A stretch of 43,351 nt of DNA from Deltaproteobacteria bacterium (GTDB taxonomy: Bacteria > Desulfobacterota > Desulfobacteria > Desulfobacterales > B30-G6), in the NCBI GenBank assembly GCA_024639645.1, contig JAHEIB010000003.1, positions 1-43,351 of the forward strand, given 5' to 3'. The translations under genes were made by a program, and so were the position numbers. The notes under the pieces were generated by a model. The model made no database searches. It saw only the letters and a list, made by a program, of their open reading frames with translations, and had not been told where the DNA came from. Shown piece after piece: positions 23,539 to 32,561 of the stretch (positions are counted from its first letter, which is position 1; every line of letters starts with the position of its first letter).

Positions 23539-24672
23539 TTATTTTTTAAAAGGGATTTTGATGGTAAACTGAGAGCCCTGTCCCTCAACGGAATCCACAT
23601 GGATGGATCCACCGTGCTGAGCGATGATTTTGTTGGAAAGAAAGAGCCCCAGCCCGGTTCCCTCTCGGCCTTTTGAAGAGTAAAAAAGTGAAAACAGCTT
23701 GTCCCGGGTCTCAATATCCATTCCGATACCATTGTCACCAATGATAAAGAAAAGATGCTTTTCGTCATTCTTGACTGAAAACACTATCTTGTGCTGTTTG
23801 TTCCGATCGTCTTTGATACAGGCATCGATGGCATTTTCGAGGATATTGATGAGGGCTGAATGGACAAAGCCTGTGTCGATATGAATTTTCTCGGCCGAGA
23901 AATCGAAATCTTTTTCCAGCGCTATATTGAATGTTTTACTTTTGGGTTTAACGACCCGGATGACATCATTGGCAAAGGTGAGAATATCGATTTTTTCACA
24001 TCTGAGATTCCTCTCTTTTGCGTAAAACAGGATGTCGCTCACCATTCGTCGAATCCGCTCCACCATCATTTTGAGGATGTCACCGCCTTCCTCGATCTTC
24101 AAAATGTCCTTGGTCTTCAATCCTGAAGCGAGAAGATAGAGACCGCCATCAAGACCGGTCAGCAGCCCCTTGATCCCGTGTGAAATAGATCCCACCATGA
24201 GACCCAGGTTTGAGAGGTTGTCCTGGAGTTCGGTTTTTTCGCGGATGAGTCGTTCAAGATTTTCGGTGTATTCCTGGAGCTGCTTCCGGGTGACAATCTT
24301 TTCTTCCACCCGTTTCAGGGAAATTTCAAGGGCGTCCATGTTGATGGGTTTAGTAATAAAATCAGTTGCTTGATGCTTAAGGCTTTTAATGGCCAGATCC
24401 ATGTCGCCGTGGCCGGTGATCATAATGACTTCCGCTTCGGGATTTTCGCGTTTGATGTGTTGCAAAAGAGCGATGCCATCCATGAGGGGCATCTTGATGT
24501 CAGTCAGGATAATGGGCGGTCTTTCCTCAAGAAAGGTTTCCAATGCTGTTTTGCCATTTGCCGCCGTCAACAACTGATATCCCATGTCCGACAAGGTCAT
24601 GCCGAGGACATCACGGATGTCTTCTTCGTCATCCACCAGGAGAATTTTTTTCTTGTCTTGGGACGTGTTCAT
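23539..24672 (-). CDS. Cytoplasmic hybrid protein: N-terminal receiver plus histidine kinase
   Basis: LLVDDE...LTDIKMP...ITG...TKP; H-box SISHGIKG, ENAIDA, DNGIG, GTGLGL. Confidence 0.9.
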   Translation of the reverse strand: MNTSQDKKKILLVDDEEDIRDVLGMTLSDMGYQLLTAANGKTALETFLEERPPIILTDIKMPLMDGIALLQHIKRENPEAEVIMITGHGDMDLAIKSLKHQATDFITKPINMDALEISLKRVEEKIVTRKQLQEYTENLERLIREKTELQDNLSNLGLMVGSISHGIKGLLTGLDGGLYLLASGLKTKDILKIEEGGDILKMMVERIRRMVSDILFYAKERNLRCEKIDILTFANDVIRVVKPKSKTFNIALEKDFDFSAEKIHIDTGFVHSALINILENAIDACIKDDRNKQHKIVFSVKNDEKHLFFIIGDNGIGMDIETRDKLFSLFYSSKGREGTGLGLFLSNKIIAQHGGSIHVDSVEGQGSQFTIKIPFKK

Positions 24673-24687
24673 TTTTCTTCCCTTAGC

Positions 24688-24789
24688 ATTAAGCTTTAAG
24701 CGGTAAGCTGAAAGCCTGCTAACCGCTTGTGGCTTACAGCTGTTAGCTAGCCTCGACCCCTTATTTCACCCTTGAACCCTCGAACCCTC
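24688..24789. repeat. 7-nt inverted array followed by 8-nt tandem repeats
   Basis: attaagc tttaagc ggtaagc tgaaagc ... ccgcttg tggctta cagctgt tagctag, then cctcgacccc...cccttgaaccctcgaaccct. Confidence 0.75.
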
Positions 24790-24791
24790 TA

Positions 24792-27059
24792 TTATGGTAA
24801 CGGAAACGACACAATAAAGCAGACACCCTGGTCCTTGTTAGGCAACGCCATGATGGTTCCCCCACAGTCCTTGACAATGCCGTAACTGATGGAGAGACCC
24901 AAACCGGTACCCGCACCCACTTCCTTGGTGGTGAAAAAAGGTTCGAATATTTTTTCTGCAACATGGTTTGGAATGCCGATACCTGTGTCGCAGACTTCGG
25001 CGACAACGCGGTCCCCATCGAGATAGGTTTTGAGTATAATCCGTTCTTCATGATCAACCCGGTTTGCAAAAGATATTTTCTCCTCGATAGCGTCCCTGGC
25101 ATTGAGCAGGAGGTTGATGAATACCTGTTCAAGACGACTTGGATCGGCATGGATTTTGGGTAACTCCGGTTGCATATCCTTGATGACCGCTATCCCCCTG
25201 ACTTTCAGTTGCTGGCTGAAAATCTCAAATGCGCTCACGAGGACATCGTTGATGGAAATTTTTTCCAGTGCCATGTCTGTTTTTCTGGCAAACTGCCGCA
25301 TGTGGTTGATAATCCGGGCAGCCCGGTCCACATTGCTGTCCACTTTCATCAGCATGGTTTCGAGGGTTTCTTTTTCAATATCTTCACCACGGCTGATCTT
25401 CTTGATGAAAAAACTGCTGGCCGTCTTGATGACCGACAGGGGTTGATTCAGTTCGTGGGCAACACCCGTGGCCATTTCACCCAGCGTGGCCATTTTGCTG
25501 GCCTGGATCAGCTGCTGTTCCGCCTCCAGGCGCTTGGTGATGTCACTTGTGGTGACCAGGAGCACCTCTTGCCCGGAATATTCGGAAAGAGAATTACGGA
25601 TATCCACGAAAAGCTCTTTGCGGTCTTTGGCCAGATGCTTGGCCTGGTTTATGACGGCGGATGCTGTCAGCATCGTGGCGTAATGCTCCCTTTCTTCTTC
25701 CCGGAAAAGATCCAGGAATGATCTGCCAACGATATTTTCCGCGGTGAACCCGTACACGCTCTCAACACTCATATTACAGTCCAGAATATGGAGGGTCTTG
25801 ATGTCGAGTACAAACACGGGGTTGGGTATATTGTTGAATATGTCGCGGTATTTCTTTTCGGATCGCTCCAGGTCAACTTCTAGCTGCTTGTGTTTGGAGA
25901 TATCGTGGGAGATCTCCATGGCGGCGACAATCTCGCCTTTATCGTTGACAATGGGCGAAGTCCGCACAATCCAGTGTTTGACGGTACCGTCTTTGTCAAA
26001 ACCGGTCTCTTCTGTGGAGTATGACTTGCCATCCGCGAAGGTCCATTCAACCGGGCAGCGCTTACACTTTTCCGAACGGCCCTTGTAGGCGTGGTAGCAG
26101 AAATCTCCGGGTTTGGGGTCGAACCGGGTAGAGAATTCCTTGTTGTAACGCAGCAGTTTATAATTTCGATTCTGGACGGTGATGATACAGGGAACCTGCT
26201 CAAACAGCTGCATATATTCGTCCCGCTGCATATTGAGAGCCTTTTCTTTTTGGGCGATCTCTGAACCCATTTTATCGATGGCATCTCCCAGCTGACCCAT
26301 TTCATCCTTCTGCGACAGTTGGGACTTGCTTTCATAGTCACCCTTTGCAATATCCTGGGTGCGGGTGATGAGTTTTTTGACGGGATGGTTGACAAACCTC
26401 AGCACGAAGAAAAAGATGATGGTGGATGTGAGCAGAAAAACGGAGATGGACATGCTGATAATACCACGCTGAAGGTGATACAGGGACGCATCTGTTTTTT
26501 TTAGAGAGACGACCAGGTCCAGAGCCCCGAGAATCTTCTTGTCCCGGGGGTGGATGTGGCAATCATCCGTGGAGCAGCCTGGTTCGTTTCGGATAGGGCT
26601 GATGATGCCCAGGAGCCGATACCCCTCGGCATGGTTGAATATACGCGTCCTTTCGTGGAGAGCGAGCTCGGAAAGGGGTGGTTCTGACCGGTGGCAGATG
26701 TCGCAGGCTTCGGCCTTGATGTTTGTGGACAGATCGACTTCAGAGGGTCGGTTCGAAAACTTGATTTCCCCTGCCTTATTGTATATTCGAATATTCTCTA
26801 TTTCAGGCAGCCTTCCGATGTTCATGATGATCTGGTTGATATCATCCCTGGAATTGAGCATCATGGCGTAGTGCGTTCCCAGCCGGATAGTGGTAGTGAG
26901 TCTGTCGGTGGTTCCCACAATATTCTGCATCTCCTTTTCCTTCTGATAGCGCACATTGACATAGGCCCATATTGAAACAGACACCAGAAAGACAAGACCG
27001 ATGGTCAATACGATCTTGGAGACGAGCTTTGTACGTAATTTTTTGAAAAAATTAAACAT
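24792..27059 (-). CDS. Membrane sensor histidine kinase with periplasmic heme-c motifs, HAMP and two PAS domains
   Basis: Two TM helices flank CDICH and CSTDDCH; HAMP (P...DEMGQL), PAS-PAS, H-box GVAHELNQP, NARDA, GTGLGL. Confidence 0.9.
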   Translation of the reverse strand: MFNFFKKLRTKLVSKIVLTIGLVFLVSVSIWAYVNVRYQKEKEMQNIVGTTDRLTTTIRLGTHYAMMLNSRDDINQIIMNIGRLPEIENIRIYNKAGEIKFSNRPSEVDLSTNIKAEACDICHRSEPPLSELALHERTRIFNHAEGYRLLGIISPIRNEPGCSTDDCHIHPRDKKILGALDLVVSLKKTDASLYHLQRGIISMSISVFLLTSTIIFFFVLRFVNHPVKKLITRTQDIAKGDYESKSQLSQKDEMGQLGDAIDKMGSEIAQKEKALNMQRDEYMQLFEQVPCIITVQNRNYKLLRYNKEFSTRFDPKPGDFCYHAYKGRSEKCKRCPVEWTFADGKSYSTEETGFDKDGTVKHWIVRTSPIVNDKGEIVAAMEISHDISKHKQLEVDLERSEKKYRDIFNNIPNPVFVLDIKTLHILDCNMSVESVYGFTAENIVGRSFLDLFREEEREHYATMLTASAVINQAKHLAKDRKELFVDIRNSLSEYSGQEVLLVTTSDITKRLEAEQQLIQASKMATLGEMATGVAHELNQPLSVIKTASSFFIKKISRGEDIEKETLETMLMKVDSNVDRAARIINHMRQFARKTDMALEKISINDVLVSAFEIFSQQLKVRGIAVIKDMQPELPKIHADPSRLEQVFINLLLNARDAIEEKISFANRVDHEERIILKTYLDGDRVVAEVCDTGIGIPNHVAEKIFEPFFTTKEVGAGTGLGLSISYGIVKDCGGTIMALPNKDQGVCFIVSFPLP

Positions 27060-27066
27060 AAATAGC

Positions 27067-30000
27067 TCACGACTTGGGTTCGCCGGGACTCACAATGGAT
27101 AGTGATGGCCAGTTGCTTTCCATGGCTGCGTCGATCATGTCCAGAACTTGATGATCGGAAAAGCCTTGGATCACGGATGCACTGTTGGGACAGGCCGTGG
27201 CACAGTTGCCGCAGCCCTGACACATGGCAGGGTTGACCACAATTTTCTCCAGGTTCGAATCCAGATGTCTTGCATGGTAGGGACATGTGTCGATACATTT
27301 TTCGCAAAGACTGCAGAGGCTGTGTCGCACCGAGGCGATAATTTTCCCGGCAGACAACGTTTCATGAGTGAGAATTCGTAATGCTCTTTGAGCGGCAGCC
27401 CCGGCAGTGGCGATGGTGTCCGGTATTGATCTGGGGGATAAGGCAATTCCACATCCAAAGACCCCTTCTTTGATCGCGTCTACAGGGCGCCACTTGGATT
27501 CCGCTTCCAGAAAAAACCCATCTTGATCCTTTTCAACGGCAAAAGCCTCCGCCAGTGTTGCCGGCAATTGCGGAACCATACCGGTGGCAAGAACCAGGAG
27601 ATCGGCTTCTATCTCCAGGGGTCTGTTCAGAATGGGATCGGTGACAGTAACAGCAAGGGGTGTATTCGTTTTTGTGGGAGCACTTACCCGGGGTTTGTTA
27701 TTCAACGCGTACTGGATGAAGATGACCCCCTCTTTGCGGGCAGTTGTGAAGTAACGCTCGGTGAATCCAACAGTCATCATATCACGGTAAAGAATATAAA
27801 CAGCAATCTTCGGGTTTGCCTTTTTAAGCGTTAAGGCGTGTTTCAACGATGTGGGGCAACAGACCCGACTGCAGTAATTTCTCGGTTCTTGTCTGGAGTC
27901 CACGCACTGGATCATCACCACGGAATCGAGTTTCTGTGGGTCAACATCACCTTTTGCGAGACCCGATTCCAGTTCTTTTTGGGTCATGATGGCCTGACTG
28001 GTACCGTGACCATACGCAGAGGTTGTGGCTTCGTTGCCGCCGGTTGCCAGTATGGCGACACCGTGCTGAATCGTCTCAATGCTTCCGTCACCGTTTTCGA
28101 TGCTTGTATAAAAATTTCCCACATCACCAAATGCGGCCGTAATTTTTGATTGCAGGTGAATATGGACAAGGGGGTGATTTTCTGACGCTTGAACGGTTTC
28201 ATTGAGATACGGCTCCAGAGATAGACCCTCGATGGTCTGATGCAGCCAGAGCAGGTTTCCACCAAGCTTGTCGCTTTGTTCTACCAGGTCCACGGGATAG
28301 CCGTGATCCGCGATTGCCAGGGCGGCATGCATCCCGGCAATACCACCGCCGACCACCAGGGCCCTCCTGGTGACGGGCTGCATGGATGTGGGTAGCGGAT
28401 CCATATTTTTCAGCCTGGAAATGCCCATTTTTAAAGCTGATAGCCGGTAGCTGACAGCCGATAGCTGGTTTGTTGGATTTTGGGTTTGAGTGAAGATCGG
28501 GGACATGATATCCACCACATCCATCATTTCGGCATCCAGATGAATTTGTTGGCCCAACACTCTCAGTTTTCGGATGAAAAGGTACGGATGGCACGCGCCT
28601 ATGAGGAGCCGGTTGGGCCGGCGGTCTTTAATGATCCCGGTGAGTTCCTCCCATCCAGTTGCTGTACAGCATTGTCCGAGAAAAACGACCCTGTCCACAC
28701 ACGGATCCTGTTGGAGCTGGCGTGTCAATGCTTCCTCGTCCAGATGCTCCGAATATTTGTTCCCGCAATTGCAGACAGCTACCAGCATCTTCGGCTCTTC
28801 TTTTGAGATATCCTGAAATGCCGGCTCAGAAAAAGATTCATCTGAAAGAGACCCCCCCGCAGCATGAATGATTCTGGAGGCTTCCAGAGACGCCGCAGAT
28901 GCATACATTACGGATTCACTGATATCTTTGAGGCCTGAAAACGATCCGCCGGCCAGTACACCTGATCGGTCGGTGGTCACAGGAGAAAGCGCTTCCGTCT
29001 GGATGAAGCCCCAGGGGTTAAGGGGCGCCTCGATCAGTTTTGATAATACCTCGATACCACGTGCCGGGCGCTGGCCTATGGCCAGCACCACCAGATCAAA
29101 GGTTTCATTATGGATACTCCCGTCGATCTGGGCGTATCGGATAAGCGCTTTCCCGGTCGATGTATCTGCTGTGATGGAATGGATGCGGGCCCTTTCAAAT
29201 CGTACACCGTGCTCCTGCTCTGCGCTGTCACGATAGCGCTGGAATGTTTTTCCAAACGTGCGCATGTCCATGTAAAAAATGGTGGTTTCAACGGGCGAGG
29301 GGTTCTTTTTTATCACCAGCAGGGCTTCTTTTATGGCAACCATGCAACAGACGGAAGAGCAGTAATCTGCGTCGAGTTGGACATTTCGAGAGCCTACACA
29401 CTGTATCCAGGCGATCTTCTCGATATTTTTACCATCCTGGGGTTTCACCAGCCGACCCTGTGTCGGCCCGGTGCCGCTCAGCATCCGTTCCAGTTCGCGG
29501 CTGGTAATCACGCCGGGGTTTGTCCTATAGCCATAAATGTTTTTCGATTCGGTTGGATCAAAATATGCCGTGCCACCTGATAATACAATGGCACCCACCT
29601 CAAGAGATTGAACGTCACCGGCTTCGATCTCTTCGTAAACCTGAACGATTTTTGCGATCATCTGTTCCGGGTCAAAGGGTTTCATCAGATAATCCTGCGC
29701 GCCTGTTTTCATTGCTTCCACGGCGGTTTCCACCGTGGCAAAAGCGGTCATCATCAATACACACAGGTCAGGGAAACTTTCCTTGGCTTTCTCGAGGAGC
29801 TCGACGCCATCCATTCCGGGCATCTTGATATCCGTCAACATGAGGTTGAACGACGCTTTTGACAGCTTTTTGAGCGCCATGGGCCCGGATTCGGCAACAT
29901 CCACAGAAAAACCTTCTTCGTCCAGCCACGCCTTCAGGGAGTCGCGCACGATCAGTTCGTCATCCACCACCAGGACATAAAATTCTTTACGTTTTTCAAG

Positions 30001-30549
30001 CGAAAGCTCAATGGCCTGGGTAGGACAAATCTTTTGACATTCTCCACAGTGGTTGCAGGCTGCAAGATCGATGACATAAGGGTTGGGGATGGTGTGGGGA
30101 ACGGGCAGGTAAATTGCCTTGCGCGTCGTCAAACCCTCATTGAATGCGTCGGGAATTTCCACCGGGCAAACCGTTTCACAGGCGCCGCAGCCAACGCATC
30201 GTTCCGGATCGACCCATGTGGGTTTCTTTCGCACGGACACTGAAAATTTGCCGGGCTCGCCTTCTATGGCCACGACTTCCGTGTTGAGCCGGATATCGAT
30301 ATTTTCGTGAAAAAGGCCCTTTCGAAGGCAAAACTGAGATGACTGGTCACGCTTGACAAGGGGCAGCATCTTGCACATGCCGCAATGGTTTGATGGAAAT
30401 TGATCGTCCAGCTGACTGAGAATGCCGCCCATATATGTTTCGCGATCGATGAGGGTAACACCGTACCCGTTTTCGGCCAGATCCAGGGCCGAGCGGATAC
30501 CGCTGATGCCTGCGCCCACTACCAGGGCTTTACCCATTTTTTTACCCAT
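27067..30549 (-). CDS. HdrA-like flavoprotein with an internal response-regulator receiver domain
   Basis: 1160 aa; two GxG FAD modules with QCV.SR and YCS..CC, inserted and C-terminal ferredoxins; residues ~190-305 are a REC (VLVVDDE...LTDIKMP...MTA...MKPF). Confidence 0.92.
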   Translation of the reverse strand: MGKKMGKALVVGAGISGIRSALDLAENGYGVTLIDRETYMGGILSQLDDQFPSNHCGMCKMLPLVKRDQSSQFCLRKGLFHENIDIRLNTEVVAIEGEPGKFSVSVRKKPTWVDPERCVGCGACETVCPVEIPDAFNEGLTTRKAIYLPVPHTIPNPYVIDLAACNHCGECQKICPTQAIELSLEKRKEFYVLVVDDELIVRDSLKAWLDEEGFSVDVAESGPMALKKLSKASFNLMLTDIKMPGMDGVELLEKAKESFPDLCVLMMTAFATVETAVEAMKTGAQDYLMKPFDPEQMIAKIVQVYEEIEAGDVQSLEVGAIVLSGGTAYFDPTESKNIYGYRTNPGVITSRELERMLSGTGPTQGRLVKPQDGKNIEKIAWIQCVGSRNVQLDADYCSSVCCMVAIKEALLVIKKNPSPVETTIFYMDMRTFGKTFQRYRDSAEQEHGVRFERARIHSITADTSTGKALIRYAQIDGSIHNETFDLVVLAIGQRPARGIEVLSKLIEAPLNPWGFIQTEALSPVTTDRSGVLAGGSFSGLKDISESVMYASAASLEASRIIHAAGGSLSDESFSEPAFQDISKEEPKMLVAVCNCGNKYSEHLDEEALTRQLQQDPCVDRVVFLGQCCTATGWEELTGIIKDRRPNRLLIGACHPYLFIRKLRVLGQQIHLDAEMMDVVDIMSPIFTQTQNPTNQLSAVSYRLSALKMGISRLKNMDPLPTSMQPVTRRALVVGGGIAGMHAALAIADHGYPVDLVEQSDKLGGNLLWLHQTIEGLSLEPYLNETVQASENHPLVHIHLQSKITAAFGDVGNFYTSIENGDGSIETIQHGVAILATGGNEATTSAYGHGTSQAIMTQKELESGLAKGDVDPQKLDSVVMIQCVDSRQEPRNYCSRVCCPTSLKHALTLKKANPKIAVYILYRDMMTVGFTERYFTTARKEGVIFIQYALNNKPRVSAPTKTNTPLAVTVTDPILNRPLEIEADLLVLATGMVPQLPATLAEAFAVEKDQDGFFLEAESKWRPVDAIKEGVFGCGIALSPRSIPDTIATAGAAAQRALRILTHETLSAGKIIASVRHSLCSLCEKCIDTCPYHARHLDSNLEKIVVNPAMCQGCGNCATACPNSASVIQGFSDHQVLDMIDAAMESNWPSLSIVSPGEPKS
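28432..28467. repeat. 7-nt repeat array inside the HdrA-REC coding sequence
   Basis: ttaaagc tgatagc cggtagc tgacagc cgatagc, translated as QLSAVSYRLSAL. Confidence 0.65.
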
Positions 30550-30581
30550 TATAAACCTCCTGGGAATTTGACGGCGTCAAA

Positions 30582-30648
30582 TTCAGCTCATAGCTGATAG
30601 CGCATAGCGCGTAGCACTGACATCTATCAGCTATGCGGTGTCAGCTAA
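30582..30648. repeat. Inverted 7-nt repeat array
   Basis: ttcagc tcatagc tgatagc gcatagc gcgtagc ... ctatcag ctatgcg gtgtcag cta; contains the upstream gene's stop. Confidence 0.75.
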
Positions 30649-31790
30649 TTGTGTATACCTACGATTTCAGCAAATTCGTCTTCCTTGAATTCAGAAAGAG
30701 GCGGCATTTCTTCTGGGTTTTTGCCGGCTTCGTAGTTGAATGCCCGCTGGGTGTTGTATGCGATCATGCGAAACAGCGGCATGATTGCGATGTCATTGGG
30801 ACAAGCGTTGGTGCATTGTCCACATCCGACACAGGCGGTGCTCATGTGCGCCAAACGGGTGATGTGGTACAGCAATGTGTCCGTGGGCATTTTTACGGCC
30901 CCTTTTTTTCTGGCCCATCGCAGATACTGGTTGGGTTCGTGATCGAACACATCGGTCACGAAAACGCACTCTCTGCAGTAGCACACGGGGCATGCAACCC
31001 GGCAGTTATAACAGTTTACGCATCCGGCCAGATAGGCGCTCAGTTTCTCCACGCTGTCCGTCTTGCCGGCTGTTTCAGCAAACATATTGTCTCGAAATGT
31101 CGTTCTTTCCGAAATCAGACGTTCTATTTCTTTCCTGCGCGAGGCAGGTTCTTCTGCAGCCGAGAGATCGAGGCTTTCAAGAAGATGGCCACCCTTGTCC
31201 GTAAGTGCCTGAACAAGGATCTGTTGACGGGTATCCACACCGAAAAAGCCGATGCTGATGTCTGCACCTTCGGCTACGGGAAGCTCGCAGGATTGGCATG
31301 CCTGTGCCGGTTCGACACTGCCCATGTCGGGGGTTTTTCCGGAAAGCACCTGAGCGGCAAATGTGTTCGCGGCCCCATCGCCGTTTTCGCCAGCCCAGTT
31401 CAGATAATCCCTGTTCCCCATCGCCCCCAGGCAGTCAATGCCGATGCGTATCAATTTGTCGGTGCGTGCCTGTTTGAGTTTGACCAGTTCCACAAAAGCT
31501 CTGATTTCGCATGGGCGCATCACGGCTGCTATGGTACCACCCGAGGGTTTACGTGTGAGGCGTGACACGATTTTGGCATTGTTCATTGGAAACGCCGGGG
31601 ACAGGGGGTCCACGCTGTTCAATGAGACCGGGTCTGTCAAGAGGGTCGGCATGACCATCTTTTTTGTGGGAAGCCTACAGGGAGCCAGGATGGCATTGAC
31701 ATCCTCCTTTGCCAGGATATTTTTAAAAAGCCCCCTCAGCGCGTCCAGCAGATCATGATCTTTAACATCTATTTTGGCCGTTATTACCAT
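30645..31790 (-). CDS. FdhB/FrhB-like (FlxC-related) iron-sulfur protein with 4Fe-4S dicluster
   Basis: MRPCE, GIDCLG, ACQSC, CVNCYNCRVACPVCYCRECVF, CVGCGQCTNACP. Confidence 0.82.
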   Translation of the reverse strand: MVITAKIDVKDHDLLDALRGLFKNILAKEDVNAILAPCRLPTKKMVMPTLLTDPVSLNSVDPLSPAFPMNNAKIVSRLTRKPSGGTIAAVMRPCEIRAFVELVKLKQARTDKLIRIGIDCLGAMGNRDYLNWAGENGDGAANTFAAQVLSGKTPDMGSVEPAQACQSCELPVAEGADISIGFFGVDTRQQILVQALTDKGGHLLESLDLSAAEEPASRRKEIERLISERTTFRDNMFAETAGKTDSVEKLSAYLAGCVNCYNCRVACPVCYCRECVFVTDVFDHEPNQYLRWARKKGAVKMPTDTLLYHITRLAHMSTACVGCGQCTNACPNDIAIMPLFRMIAYNTQRAFNYEAGKNPEEMPPLSEFKEDEFAEIVGIHN

Positions 31791-31850
31791 TCGGTCCTCC
31801 TAGGACAACCTGGCGGTTGTCGGCTCTTGGCTATTCGCTGGTAGCTCCCA

Positions 31851-31919
31851 GCCACCCTTGGATTCTCGACCCCCAGAACCCGGTCTTTTCTCTCCATCCC
31901 TCAACCCTCCAACCCTTCC
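31851..31919. repeat. Degenerate 8-nt tandem repeats
   Basis: cccttggattctcgacccccagaaccc...ccctcaaccctccaaccctt. Confidence 0.55.
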
Positions 31920-32345
31920 TCACCCCACCAATTGCATCCTGGCCTGGCTGGGTCCCAGGGTCTTGATCTGAGCCACGAGTTCCTGAAGGGTTTCAGCCAG
32001 CAAAACACCATCGCTGGCCGCTATCCATGTGAGCCTCAGCCGTTCAGGCTCAAATCCGAAACTGGGCAGAATCTCTTTCAACAGTTTGATACGTCGGCGG
32101 GCTTTGAAATTCCCGTTGATGTAGTGGCAGTCGCCGGGATTGCAGCCACTCACCAGAACACCATCGGCACCTTCCAGGAGCGCCTTGATGACATACTTGG
32201 GGTCCACCATGCCACTGCACATCACCCGGATGATTTTTATATTCGGTGGATAAGAGAGGCGCGATGTGCCGGCCAGGTCTGCCGCCGTATAGGTACACCA
32301 GTTGCAGAAGAAAGCCAGGATGGTGGGTTCGAAATTATCGTCCAT
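31920..32345 (-). CDS. mvhD: MvhD-like [2Fe-2S] subunit (Cys form)
   Basis: FFCNWCTYTAADLAG, VMCSG, SGCNPGDCHYINGN. Confidence 0.9.
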   Translation of the reverse strand: MDDNFEPTILAFFCNWCTYTAADLAGTSRLSYPPNIKIIRVMCSGMVDPKYVIKALLEGADGVLVSGCNPGDCHYINGNFKARRRIKLLKEILPSFGFEPERLRLTWIAASDGVLLAETLQELVAQIKTLGPSQARMQLVG

Positions 32346-32561
32346 AATATGTCTCCTATATTTGCCCTGCGGGCGACATTTACGCTTTGCGTGACATTAG
32401 TGCTTCGCACGTCATTTATCCTTGCACACAGCCGAGAGCTTATAGCTACGATGAATGACGCGAAGCAAGTGTCAATAAATGACAGCCGCAGGCATAATGA
32501 CTTTCTGTTTAAGAATGTTGAGGTGTTATAATTCATTACTAATATTTATGTAGAGCATTGT

